Below are positions 18,775-28,157 of a stretch of DNA of 64,000 nt, piece by piece (position 1 is the first letter of the stretch; each line of letters opens with the position of its first letter). The notes beneath the pieces were generated by a model. The model saw nothing but the letters and a program-made list of their open reading frames with translations, did not search any database and was not told where the DNA came from. This stretch comes from an uncultured Candidatus Rokubacteria bacterium (GTDB lineage: Bacteria > Methylomirabilota > Methylomirabilia > Rokubacteriales > DASRDR01): the NCBI GenBank assembly GCA_963826115.1, contig CAWGVS010000005.1, positions 32,001 to 96,000 of the forward strand. The letters run 5' to 3'. A program made the translations under genes and the position numbers.

Positions 18775-19770
18775 TCAGCTGCCCTTCCGATGCTGGAGCG
18801 CCTCGGGGTTCACGACGTGGAGCCGCTCGCCCTTCAGATGCGCGGCGATCGTCGCGATGGCGATGTTCAGCATGTTGAGGCTCGCCTCGTGGGTGTTGTA
18901 GCCAATGTGGGGCGTGATCAGGGCGTTCGGCAGGTCGCGGAAGACGTGCGGGCCCGGCGGCACCGGCTCCTCGTCGTAGACGTCGAGCGCCGCGCCCGCG
19001 ATCCGCTTCTGGCGCAGGAGGTCGGCCAGCGCCTGGTTGTCGACGATCTTGGCGCGGGCGGTGTTCACGAAGTAGGCCTCGGGCTTCATCCGCGACAGGA
19101 GCGCCCGCGACACCAGGTGCTCCGTCTCCGGGCGGAGCGAGAGGTGGATCGAGACCACGTCGGCGCGGCTGAAGACCTCCTCGAGCGGGACCAGAGCGAG
19201 GCCGTGCTTCGCCCGGTCCGGCGTCGCGTGCCGGGTCCAGCCCACGAGCTTCATCCCGATGCCCGCGCCCAGCCGCGCCGTCTCCTGGCCGATCGGGCCG
19301 AGGCCGACGAGCCCGAGAGTCTTGCCCCGGAGCTCCGTGCCCTGGAACTTCCCCGGCTCCCAGCGCCCCTCCTTGAGGGAGACGTAGGAGGTCGCGATGT
19401 GGCGCGTGAGCGCGAGGATCATGCCGAGGCAGTGCTCGGCGACCGACGTCGCGCCGTAGTCGGGCGTGTTGCTGACCACGATGCCGCGGCGGTTGGCGGC
19501 CTCGATGTCGATGCAGCTCGCGTAGCCGATCCCCAGGAACGCCACGAACTTCAATCGCGGGCACTGCGCCAGGACCTCGTCGTCCATCAGCGTGTAGTCG
19601 AGGACGACGACGTCGGCGTCCTTGACGCGCGAGATGAAGTCGGCCCGGTCGCGCGGGTGCCCGGGAGAGACGACGAGCTCGCCCAGCCGGCGGAGCGGAT
19701 CGAGGTGCTCGGGCTTCTGGACGAACTCGGCTCCCTCGGGGATCACGATGCGCACGGGTTGGCTCCTCAT
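18775..19770 (-). CDS. D-isomer-specific 2-hydroxyacid dehydrogenase
   Basis: SNTPDYG, GLVGLGPIG, VNTARA, AALDVYDEEP, TPHIG. Confidence 0.9.
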   Translation of the reverse strand: MRSQPVRIVIPEGAEFVQKPEHLDPLRRLGELVVSPGHPRDRADFISRVKDADVVVLDYTLMDDEVLAQCPRLKFVAFLGIGYASCIDIEAANRRGIVVSNTPDYGATSVAEHCLGMILALTRHIATSYVSLKEGRWEPGKFQGTELRGKTLGLVGLGPIGQETARLGAGIGMKLVGWTRHATPDRAKHGLALVPLEEVFSRADVVSIHLSLRPETEHLVSRALLSRMKPEAYFVNTARAKIVDNQALADLLRQKRIAGAALDVYDEEPVPPGPHVFRDLPNALITPHIGYNTHEASLNMLNIAIATIAAHLKGERLHVVNPEALQHRKGS

Positions 19771-19789
19771 GGCTCGGGGAACGGCGGGG

Positions 19790-20329
19790 TCACGGCGCGG
19801 GCTGGGAGAAGCGCTGGGCGTTCCCCATGTGCGGCCAGACGTAGGCCTGGACGTTCGCCAGGATCTGGCGCAGGTGGTTGCGGTCGTGGTGGACCCACTC
19901 GGCCAGGAGGTCCCCGATCGACAGCTGCCCGACCTGGGGATGGCGGCCGGATCGCGCGAGATCGCCGGGCTGGAGCCCGTCGACCAGCATGGCGCTCGCC
20001 TCGCGGAGGCGGGTCCACTCCGCCAGGAGCGTGCCGGGGTCGCGCACGCAGTCCCGCCGCTCCCGCGCGACGCCGTCCGGGTCCCAGCGCTGGAGCTCGG
20101 GGTCCGTCTCGGCCAGGATCGTCCGGATCCGGCCCGCGAATCCCCGCTGCTCGGCCTCGATCAGGTGGCCGATGACCTCGAGGGCGCACCACTCTCCGGC
20201 CGCCGGATGCCAGCGCAGGATGACGGCCGGCAGCCCCGTGCACTCCACCCGCACGGCGAGGAGCGAGGCGCGGAGCGCGTTGGCGGTCTCGCGGGGGACC
20301 AGCGGGGGCACGATCTCGGCGTGCGTCAT
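19790..20329 (-). CDS. DinB-family protein
   Basis: GEWCALEVIGHL and HHDRNHLRQI metal-binding histidines. Confidence 0.85.
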   Translation of the reverse strand: MTHAEIVPPLVPRETANALRASLLAVRVECTGLPAVILRWHPAAGEWCALEVIGHLIEAEQRGFAGRIRTILAETDPELQRWDPDGVARERRDCVRDPGTLLAEWTRLREASAMLVDGLQPGDLARSGRHPQVGQLSIGDLLAEWVHHDRNHLRQILANVQAYVWPHMGNAQRFSQPAP

Positions 20330-20362
20330 CGCGTCATCGTAGCCCAGGTCAGGCAGGCCGCG

Positions 20363-21406
20363 TCAACCGCGCAGCAGGGAAGTCAGGAACTCGACGGCGC
20401 GGGGCTCCGCCCACGAGCGCGCGCGCCAGGGCCAGCGGCCCTGGAGGAATCCCGCGTGGCCGCCTCGCGCCGTGAACTCCGCGCGGACGTTCGCCGGGAG
20501 CCGCGCGGGATCCGGCAGGGTGCGGCCGGGAACGATCGGGTCGTCGTGGGCGCCGAGCAGGAGCGTGGGCCGACGGATCCGCTCGATGTAGGGGCCGCTC
20601 GACGAGGTGGTCCAGTAGTCCACCTCGTCGCGGAAGCCGTTGAGCGGCGCCGTGACCACCCGGTCGTAGCGGGCGAACGTCCGCGCCCCCCGCATCGCCG
20701 CCACGTCGACGAAGCCGGGATAGCGGCGCGCCTTCTCGACCACCTTCGACCTCATCGTCCGGAGGAAGTTGGCCGCGTACACGAGCCGGCGGAATCCGCG
20801 GTCGAGGACGCGCGCGCAGGCCGCCACGTCGAAGGGGACCGAGATCCCGACCGCCCCGAGGAGCTCCGCGGGCGCCTTCGCGCCAACCTCCCCGAGCCAC
20901 TTGAGGAGCACGTTCCCGCCGAGCGAGACGCCGACCGCGCCGATGGGCGTCCCGGGGGCGCGCCCGACGAGCGAGCGCATCACCCAGTCGAGGTCGCCGG
21001 TCTCGCCGGAGTGGTAGAAGCGGGGCAGGTCGTTCAGCACGCCGCTGCACGAGCGAAAGTTCAGCGCGACGCCGTGCCAGCCCGCCGCCCGCCCGGCCCG
21101 GAGGAGGCCGGAGACGTAGTGGGACCGCGACGAGCCCTCGAGCCCGTGCAGCACGAGGAGCCGCGGCGCGCCGTCGCCGAGCCCGTCGCCGTCGAGCCAG
21201 TCGAGGTGGACGAAGTCGCCGTCGGGCATCGTGAGCCGCTCCCGGCGGAGCGGCACCGAATCGCTGCGGAAGAGCGGGCCCCAGATCGTCTGCACGTGCC
21301 CGTTCCGGCCCCACCAGGGCGGGGAGAAGGCGCCGTCGCCCCCCGCGGGTCGCGCCGCGCGCGGGGCGGGCGGGGACGGGAGCGTGTCCGCGGGCCGGGC
21401 GGTCAC
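20363..21406 (-). CDS. YheT-like alpha/beta hydrolase
   Basis: NGHVQTIW, DGDFVHLDW, HGLEGSS.S.Y, GVSLGG, DDPIV, GGHAGF. Start reassigned to GTG 21406. Confidence 0.88.
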   Translation of the reverse strand: MTARPADTLPSPPAPRAARPAGGDGAFSPPWWGRNGHVQTIWGPLFRSDSVPLRRERLTMPDGDFVHLDWLDGDGLGDGAPRLLVLHGLEGSSRSHYVSGLLRAGRAAGWHGVALNFRSCSGVLNDLPRFYHSGETGDLDWVMRSLVGRAPGTPIGAVGVSLGGNVLLKWLGEVGAKAPAELLGAVGISVPFDVAACARVLDRGFRRLVYAANFLRTMRSKVVEKARRYPGFVDVAAMRGARTFARYDRVVTAPLNGFRDEVDYWTTSSSGPYIERIRRPTLLLGAHDDPIVPGRTLPDPARLPANVRAEFTARGGHAGFLQGRWPWRARSWAEPRAVEFLTSLLRG

Positions 21407-21414
21407 GCGCGGCC

Positions 21415-21849
21415 TCAGAAGCCCGCGCGGGCGGGGCTCTCGATCAGGAGCACCGATTCCTGCTGGAACAAGCGGCGGTACGTGTCGCGGAGCGCCTGGA
21501 TGGCCGCTCGCGGCGCGGCTTCGGGCGGGTGGACGAGAAGCAGGATCTTCGTCGGCTCGGTCTGGACCTGCCCGTCCTTCATGCGGTACTGGCCGAGGGC
21601 GTCGAGCACGGTGAAGCCGTCGGGGAAGCGCGTCGCGATCTCGTCGGCCACGAAGGCCCGCCACTCCGCGTCGGTCACGACGCTGCCGTCGGGCTTCTGC
21701 CGCCCGAAGTAGAGCTCGCTCCGCACGAGGGCCTGCGTGTTCGGCGGGGGCGGCGGCGCCATGGCCCCGCCGCAGCCGGCGGCCGTGGCGAGGAGGAAGG
21801 CCGCCGCGAGCCCGCGGGCGCGGCGGCCGAGCGCGGCGCGTCCGATCAC
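21415..21849 (-). CDS. DUF3574-like lipoprotein
   Basis: Lipobox AAGC; ELYFG, RFPDGFTVLDALGQY, YRRLFQQESVL. GTG overlaps the upstream TGA. Confidence 0.8.
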   Translation of the reverse strand: MIGRAALGRRARGLAAAFLLATAAGCGGAMAPPPPPNTQALVRSELYFGRQKPDGSVVTDAEWRAFVADEIATRFPDGFTVLDALGQYRMKDGQVQTEPTKILLLVHPPEAAPRAAIQALRDTYRRLFQQESVLLIESPARAGF

Positions 21850-22964
21850 CGCGTGTAGCGCCCCACCGCGTCCCAGTTCAGCTTCACTCCGAGGCCGGGG
21901 CCCGTCGGCACCCTCAGCATCCCCTCGTCGTCCAGCTTGAACGGCGGGTCGAGAATCTCCTCGATGTACGGCACGCCGGTCTGGTACTCGATCCAGCGCG
22001 CGACCGGCAGCGCCGCGGTGAGCGCGAGATCGGCCGCCACCCCGATGCCCGTGTTCCAGCCGTGAGGGACCAGGAGCACGCCGTGGTCCTGCGCCATCCA
22101 GCCGATGCGGCGGCCCTCGCGAGAGCCCGCCGCACTTGGTCACGTCGGGCTGGATGACGTCGACCGCGCGCTCGGTGAGGAACGGCTGGAACGCCTGGCG
22201 GCGCGTCAGGACCTCGCCCGTGGCGACGAGGACCGGGGAGGTCTGCCGGAGCTCCTTGAAGCCTGTCACGTCGTCCGGGCGGAGCGCCTCCTCGAACCAC
22301 ACGATGCCGTAGTCGCCCAGCATCTTGGCGGTCTCGCGGGCCCAGGAGACGCCGTGCGGCCAGAACTGCTCGCTGCCGCCCGCGTCCACCATCAGCTCGA
22401 CGTCCTCGCCGACCGTCTCGCGCGCGGTCTTGATCAGGAGCTCGTCGAGCTTCCGGCTCACCCGGCCGAACGGGCGCCAGCCCATCTTGATCGCCCGGAA
22501 GCCGCGCGCGGTCTGCACGAGGAGCTTGTCCCGGAGGACCGGCGGGTCGTCGAAGAGGATCGACGCGTACGGCTTGATGCGGTCGCGGTAGTTGCCGCCG
22601 AGGAGCCGCGAGACGGGCTGGCCGAGCGCCTGCCCCTGGAGGTCCCAGAGCGCGATGTCGATGCCGCTGATGGTGTGCTCGACGGCGCCGCCGCGCCCCT
22701 GCCAGAAGGTCATCTGGCGGAGCTTTTCGGCCACGCGCTCGGCCTCGAGGCCCGTTTCCCCGATCAGCATCGGGTGGAGAAGCTGCGAGAGACGCCTCCA
22801 CCAGTGCCCGGCTCGTATAGCAGCTCCCGATCCCGGTGATGCCCTCGTCGGTCTTCGACCTCGAGGAGCGTGTTCTTCTGCTCGTCAGGATCGGTGCCGC
22901 CGGGCCATCCGTGGTCGTGGGTGGCGCCCGAGAGGGCGATCGTGCGGACCTCGGTGATCTTCAT
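21846..22964 (-). pseudogene. Mandelate racemase/muconate lactonizing enzyme family gene interrupted by three +1 frameshifts
   Basis: Segments MKITEVRT..., KTDEGITGIGS, ISGIDIALWDL, IKMGW, LMVDAG, WFEEAL, ATGE, QPDVTKCGG, PHGW and PTGPGLG lie in successive frames, with shifts near 22856, 22786 and 22120. Confidence 0.8.
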
Positions 22965-23159
22965 CGGTCTCCTCGTGTCATGCTCGCGTCGCGGGCGGCG
23001 TCGAGGGCGGGGCGGCACGGCCCGACCGTCCGAAATGTTGCCACAGGCGAGGCCCGCCCGCCACGCGCCCGGCGACCGCCGGCCGTGGTACGCTGCCGGC
23101 GCGCCGGGGATGGGCCTCGGCGCCCGCGACGCGACACCGACGACAGGGGGACGACGGGC

Positions 23160-23645
23160 ATGGCCGATTCGAGACAGCTGCGCCGACTGGTGGCCTACAA
23201 CCAGTGGGCGGACGAGCGGATCCTCGCCGCGATCGACGGCCTCGCGGCCGACGAGCTCGAGAAGCCGCGCGAGGCGTACTTCCAGAACCTGTCCGCGAAC
23301 CTCCGCCACACGCTCATCGCCCAGCGCAACTGGCTCGCCCGGTGGCAGGGGCACCCGCGCGGCGACCAGACGATCGGCGCGTCCTGGCGCGACGCGTACG
23401 CCACGACGCACGCGGCCCTCCGCAACTTCGTCGGCGCGCTCTCGGACCACGACGGGGAGCGGATGTTGCGCTACACGGATCTCCAGGGGGTCGCGCGCGA
23501 GATGGTGCTGGCCGATGCGATCACCCACGTGGTGACCCACGGCACGGCCCACCGGGCGGAGACGGGCCTGCTCCTCGAGCGCCTCGGCCGGTCGCCGGGC
23601 GACCTCGACTTCTCGTACTACGTCCGCGAGTTCGAGTGGCGCTGA
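23160..23645 (+). CDS. DinB-family protein
   Basis: YNQWADERIL, LRHTL, HVVTHGTAHRAE, GDLD. ATG 23160. Confidence 0.85.
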   Translation: MADSRQLRRLVAYNQWADERILAAIDGLAADELEKPREAYFQNLSANLRHTLIAQRNWLARWQGHPRGDQTIGASWRDAYATTHAALRNFVGALSDHDGERMLRYTDLQGVAREMVLADAITHVVTHGTAHRAETGLLLERLGRSPGDLDFSYYVREFEWR

Positions 23646-23663
23646 GGGCTGCCGGGCGGCCCG

Positions 23664-25082
23664 TCAGCCGGCGGCGATCCGGAGCAGGACCCAGTCCCGT
23701 CCTTCCAGGACGACCTCCGTCGCCGCGCCCGCGGCCGCGACCTCGCCGAGCCGCTTCCGCGTGACGAGAAGGAGGTGCCCGCCGTGGCGCCGGGCGGCGT
23801 CGAGGGCCTCGGCGGCCGAGGGGCTCGAGGGCGCCTGCACCCGCTCCGTGTAGTAAAGGAGCGGGTTCGCGGTGGCCCAGTAGTGGTTCCCGAGATACGG
23901 CACCGGCTCGCCCGGCGGCGCCAGCTCCCTGATCGTTCCCGCGTTGCGCTTGAAGGCGGCGTTCGGGTCGCGCGTGAGGAGCGACGGGTGCACCCAGAAG
24001 ACGAGCGCGACGGCGACCGCCGCCGCCGGGACGATCACCGACGCGAGGAGCGCCGTCACGCGCGGGACGAGCGTCACGAGCGCGTGGCCGGCCGCGAGCG
24101 CGAGCGCGGGCAGGATCGGGAAGATGAAGCGCGGGGTCCGGAACGACCCCAGGCTGTAGAGCGCCACCGGCAGCACGATCCACGCGGCCAGGACGAGGCC
24201 CGGCCCGCGGAGCGGCCCGGGCCGCCGGAGCAGGAGCCAGAGCCCGGCGAGCGCGGGCAGGATGACCGGCTGGTAGAACTTCAGCAGGATCAGCGGATAG
24301 GCCCGCACGACGCCGAGCCCGAACGACCGCATGGACCGTCGGGCCACGTGGGCGAGGAGGTGGGACGCCACGGCGTTCGGCCCCTGCGTCCACCACTGGT
24401 GGGCGAGCCACGAGGCGCCGAGCGCGAGCCCGAGCGCGAGCCCGATCCACACCCACGGCCGCCGGAGCGGCGCGCGCAGCTCCTCGCTGGCCAGGACTCC
24501 CGCGAGGGCGAGAAGCGGCATCAGGCCGAGCACGCTCTTCGTCAGGATGGCGGCGCCGAGCGGCACGGCGATGAGGACCTGCCAGCGGGGGCGTCCGCGC
24601 GCCTCGAGGTACACCCACACGGTGGCGGCGATCCAGAAGGTGAGCGGGACCTCCATCATCAGGCGGCGCGCGTTGTCGACGAAGATCGGCGTCGCGAGGA
24701 GGCACGCGACTCCGGCGACCGCGGCCGATCGCCCCAGGGTCAGCGCTCCGATCCGGAAGGTGAGGAGGAGCGTCCCGAGGGCGAGCAGCACCGTCGGGAG
24801 CCGCGCCGCGAGGTCCCGCTCTCCGAGCGCGTCGAAGGTGCGGGCGACCAGCCACAGGTGGAGCGGCGGGTGCTGGTGGGTCGGGAGGCCGTTCCAGGTG
24901 ACCGTGTAGACGCGGCCGCTCCGCGCCATCTCCACGGCCTCGCGCCCGTAGAACGCGTCCTCCAGCGAGGGGAGGCTCAGGCTGTCGATGCGGGCCGTGA
25001 AGAGGACCAGCGCGGCGAGGAGCAGGACGGCGAGGGTCCGCGGCCGCTCGAGCGCGGCAACGGGCGTCGCCCCGCCGGACAT
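23664..25082 (-). CDS. ArnT/PMT-like (GT39) membrane glycosyltransferase
   Basis: EDAFYGREAVEM, HPPLHLWL, AARLP, LMMEVP, LTKS and many hydrophobic segments. Start 25082 or 25112. Confidence 0.82.
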   Translation of the reverse strand: MSGGATPVAALERPRTLAVLLLAALVLFTARIDSLSLPSLEDAFYGREAVEMARSGRVYTVTWNGLPTHQHPPLHLWLVARTFDALGERDLAARLPTVLLALGTLLLTFRIGALTLGRSAAVAGVACLLATPIFVDNARRLMMEVPLTFWIAATVWVYLEARGRPRWQVLIAVPLGAAILTKSVLGLMPLLALAGVLASEELRAPLRRPWVWIGLALGLALGASWLAHQWWTQGPNAVASHLLAHVARRSMRSFGLGVVRAYPLILLKFYQPVILPALAGLWLLLRRPGPLRGPGLVLAAWIVLPVALYSLGSFRTPRFIFPILPALALAAGHALVTLVPRVTALLASVIVPAAAVAVALVFWVHPSLLTRDPNAAFKRNAGTIRELAPPGEPVPYLGNHYWATANPLLYYTERVQAPSSPSAAEALDAARRHGGHLLLVTRKRLGEVAAAGAATEVVLEGRDWVLLRIAAG

Positions 25083-25138
25083 CCCGCCGCCGCTCGCCGT
25101 CTCGGAGTTCACCGGCTCGAGGGGCCCCTGCGGGCGCG

Positions 25139-25495
25139 TCAGTGGTGCCGGGACACCGGCCGCCAGACCGTCCGGTCGAGCTCGCGGTCGGCGCGGACCA
25201 GGCTGACCGCGAACTCGCGCTCGGTCGGGGCGATGTGGACCAGCGGGATCGTCACGAGGGTCCCGCCGACGGCCGGGGTGCCGATTCCCACGGGCTGCGC
25301 GCCGGCCACGCGGACGTCTCCGGCGTCGTCGCGGAGGAGGCACTGGACGCGATCGGACGGGAGCGCTCCCGCCACCGTGACCTCGACCTCGGGGACGGCG
25401 AGGTCGTGGACCTCCGACCGGACGATCTCCTGGGCCGCCGCGGGCGCGGCGGCGAGGAGCGCGACGAGGATCGCCCCCGCGGCGAACCTCGTCAC
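25139..25495 (-). CDS. Hypothetical secreted protein (118 aa)
   Basis: GTGA overlap with the upstream gene; signal peptide MTRFAAGAILVALLAAAPAAA-Q. Confidence 0.6.
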   Translation of the reverse strand: MTRFAAGAILVALLAAAPAAAQEIVRSEVHDLAVPEVEVTVAGALPSDRVQCLLRDDAGDVRVAGAQPVGIGTPAVGGTLVTIPLVHIAPTEREFAVSLVRADRELDRTVWRPVSRHH

Positions 25496-26172
25496 CGGAC
25501 CCCGCCGTCGAGGACGCGGAGCGCCGCGTCGAGCGCCGCCTGGTTGCTGGTGATCACGGGCACGCCGGTCGCCGCCGCGATCGCGTCGCGCGCCTCGAGC
25601 GCCCGGAACGTGCAGCAGGCGACGAAGACCGCGTCGGCCGGCCCGCGACGGAAGGTCTCCAGCGCGAACCGCGCGATCGCCTCCGGCGGCACCGCGGCGA
25701 TCTCGAGGCTGTCGGTGAGCCCGAGACCCGCGGCGGCCGTCACGCGGAGGCCGTCGGCCTCGAGACCCGCCCGGACCGGGCCGGTCAGCGTGTCGGGATA
25801 GGGCGTCACGACCGCCACCGAGCGGACGCCGAGGCGACCGAGCTCCGCGCGCACCGCGTCCATGGTGCTGACGACCGGCGCGCCGGCCGCGTCCCCGATC
25901 TCGCCGCACAGCCGCGCCTCGTAGTCCCGCCCGCGGAGCGCGCCCGCCGACGTGCAGGAGAAGACGACGACGTCGGGCCGGATGGTGGCGAGGTCCCGGG
26001 CGGCGGGCATGACGTGGTCGTCGAGCATCCGGACCTCGTCCGCCTCGGTCGTCGCGGGCAGGCGCATGCGCGCCGAGTGCACGGTCACGTGGGGCGGGAC
26101 GCGGCGGTAGAAGTCCACCTCCTGCACCGTGCCGGACGAGGGGAGGAGGAGGCCCAGCCGTCGCGCCCTCAC
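25492..26172 (-). CDS. Asp/Glu racemase / maleate cis-trans isomerase family
   Basis: LGLLLPSS, VHSARM, FSCTS, VVTPY, FVACCTF, PVITSNQA. GTG 26172 overlaps the upstream stop. Confidence 0.85.
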   Translation of the reverse strand: MRARRLGLLLPSSGTVQEVDFYRRVPPHVTVHSARMRLPATTEADEVRMLDDHVMPAARDLATIRPDVVVFSCTSAGALRGRDYEARLCGEIGDAAGAPVVSTMDAVRAELGRLGVRSVAVVTPYPDTLTGPVRAGLEADGLRVTAAAGLGLTDSLEIAAVPPEAIARFALETFRRGPADAVFVACCTFRALEARDAIAAATGVPVITSNQAALDAALRVLDGGVR

Positions 26173-27149
26173 GGCCGGGGGGACAGCGCCCGCGCGTACT
26201 CCGGCGGGCGGGCGCGCAGGAGGGCCCGGCAGCGGCACGCGGCAGGCTCGTCGAGCCGGTCGAGGAGCGCGAGCTCGAGCGCGGCCGCGACGCGCGGGAG
26301 CGTCTCCATGTAGAGCCGGTCGAGCGTGATCGTCGGATCCTCGGGCTCGAGGCCGGTGCCCCAGTTGGCGACCACGTGGTAGTAGGCGAGGTGCATGCCG
26401 CAGACGCGGGCCAGCACCGGGCTCACGCAATCGCCGGTGATGACCGGCATCCCGGTCAGGCGGCCGTAGAGCTCGAGCTCGCGGCAGGTGGCGAGCGATT
26501 CGAAGCCGTTGCCGGCGAGCCAGCGATTCAGCACGGCGCCCGCCTCCGGGCCGTGGACGCGCCGGAAGCGGAAGCCCGGCACCTGCTGGGCCTCCGCGCG
26601 GATCGCCTCCGCGAGCGGGGGGCAGAACGGGTCGTCCATGATGGCGACCTGGCGCGGCAGGCAGAACTCGAGCTCGGTGCCGGGGAGGCCGGTCGGCATC
26701 GTGTCGCGCGCGAGGTAGCTCCGCGGCAGCACGAGATCCCCGGGCCGCACGGCTTCCTCGTCGCGCACGGCGCGGCGCCAGTCGCAGCTCCCGCTGGTCC
26801 CGCCCACCAGGAGGATCCGCACGCCGGCCCGCCAGAGGATCCAGAACGTCTTCCACTCGCTCCCGTGGAGGAGCGGGTCCTCGTCGACGACCTGCCCGTA
26901 GGTCGGGATGCGGAGGAACGCGCGGCCGGACGGCGTCCGGTAGTGCTCGACCTGCGGGCCGAGGCCGTAGGGGGTGGGCGGCCGGTGCACCCCGACCCGC
27001 GTGTGGCCGTGGGCGGCGGCGAGCTCGTGGAAGCGGTCCCCGAGACCCCACGTGGGGCTGCCGCCGAGCGTCGCGATCGCGGCCCGCGGGCCGTCGTACT
27101 GGACCGTCGAATCGAGACCGCAGAGACAGCCGTTGTGACCGGGGCTCAC
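26169..27149 (-). CDS. Divergent MTAP/PNP-like nucleoside phosphorylase
   Basis: LGGS, TPYG, AGVRILL, PGDLVLP, MDDPFCPPL, GFES, LARVCGM, VVANW follow the MTAP layout. Confidence 0.6.
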   Translation of the reverse strand: MSPGHNGCLCGLDSTVQYDGPRAAIATLGGSPTWGLGDRFHELAAAHGHTRVGVHRPPTPYGLGPQVEHYRTPSGRAFLRIPTYGQVVDEDPLLHGSEWKTFWILWRAGVRILLVGGTSGSCDWRRAVRDEEAVRPGDLVLPRSYLARDTMPTGLPGTELEFCLPRQVAIMDDPFCPPLAEAIRAEAQQVPGFRFRRVHGPEAGAVLNRWLAGNGFESLATCRELELYGRLTGMPVITGDCVSPVLARVCGMHLAYYHVVANWGTGLEPEDPTITLDRLYMETLPRVAAALELALLDRLDEPAACRCRALLRARPPEYARALSPRP

Positions 27150-27248
27150 GGGGCGTGCCGGAACGGACCGGGCGGGGTCTCGAGCCTCACGCGCTAAAGC
27201 GTGGTGGGCAGGCGGGGAGAAGTCAACCCCGGCGAGCGGCGGCGCGAT

Positions 27249-27449
27249 CTACGCGGGCGCCGTCCCGCCGTGGCCGTTCTCCGGCGCCACGTCCAGGACC
27301 ACGCCGTGCTCCGCGCAGATGCGGCCGAGCGCGGGGGGCGGCGCGGCGTCGGTGACGAAGTGGTGGATCTCGGAGAGGTGGCCGATGCGCACGGGCGCGG
27401 ATCGCCCGTACTTCGAGCTGTCCGCCACCAGGAGCGCGCGGCGGCTGCG
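27249..27449 (-). pseudogene. C-terminal remnant of a DeoR/GlpR-family regulator
   Basis: SRRALLVADSSKYGRSAPVRIGHLSEIHHFVTD is the DeoRC end. No HTH or upstream part is present. Confidence 0.7.
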
Positions 27450-27548
27450 TACGTCCACTTCATCTGGCTCGCGCTCCTCGGGCCGCCGCTCTGGGGCGCG
27501 ACCGTCCTGTCGCTGGCCCTGGCCACGAGCGTCTTCCGCTGGGGCTAG
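27450..27548 (+). pseudogene. C-terminal remnant of a membrane protein (possibly ABC-2 permease)
   Basis: YVHFIWLALLGPPLWGATVLSLALATSVFRWG-stop is a hydrophobic helix ending FRW-x with normal codon use and no plausible own start. Confidence 0.4.
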
Positions 27549-27736
27549 CTGGCCGGGAACGGGCGTCTCGGGCCTGACGTGCGGGGTCACTCCGCCTGCC
27601 GAAGTTTGACAATGGGCGCCTCCGCGGGGGCCGCGGCGCGAGTCGGGTTTTCCCCGTTTTCCCGAGAGCTTGGCCAGCATGTCGGCGGGCGCCACCCGTG
27701 GCACGCCGTTCGCATCCACGCCTACCGAGAACGGCC

Positions 27737-28132
27737 ATGAGCACGTTGCTGCTGGTGAGCGGAGAGCACGGGGCCGAGACGTCCTCGGGGACGACCCGGC
27801 CTGCGCCGCGACGGGGGCCGACCCTCAAAGGGGCGCTGGAGAAGGCCGGCTACGAGGTCGTCCAGGTGGCGGACGGCGCTACCGCGCTGACGCGCGTGGG
27901 CTCGGACCGCCCCGACCTGATCGTGCTCGCGGGCGCCGTGCCCGACATGGAGATCGTCGACCTCTGCGCGGCGCTCCGCCGTGAGCCCTCCGCCGAGAAG
28001 GTGCCGTTCGTCCTGGTCGCCGACGCGGCGGCCCAGACGGGCCGCGCGGCCGCGCGGGCCGGCGCGGACATGGTCTTCCCCGCGACGGTGGGTCCCGCCG
28101 AGATCGCCGACCGCCTGCGCCGGCTCTTCTAG
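27737..28132 (+). CDS. Atypical single-domain response regulator (pseudo-receiver)
   Basis: LEKAGYEVVQVADGATAL...RPDLIVLA...VPFVLV...AGAD fold pattern, but the phospho-acceptor Asp and conserved Lys are absent. Confidence 0.7.
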   Translation: MSTLLLVSGEHGAETSSGTTRPAPRRGPTLKGALEKAGYEVVQVADGATALTRVGSDRPDLIVLAGAVPDMEIVDLCAALRREPSAEKVPFVLVADAAAQTGRAAARAGADMVFPATVGPAEIADRLRRLF

Positions 28133-28157
28133 CGGCGGCCGCGCGCCGCGGCCGCCG

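Noticed and set aside
21415-22770. Apparent enolase-DUF3574 fusion (451 aa)
   Set aside because: This is an artefact of the frameshift near 22120. The DUF3574-like gene has its own GTG start and lipobox.
27606-27640. TTGACA as a promoter for the pseudo-receiver gene
   Set aside because: There is no credible -10 hexamer at 16-19 nt spacing.
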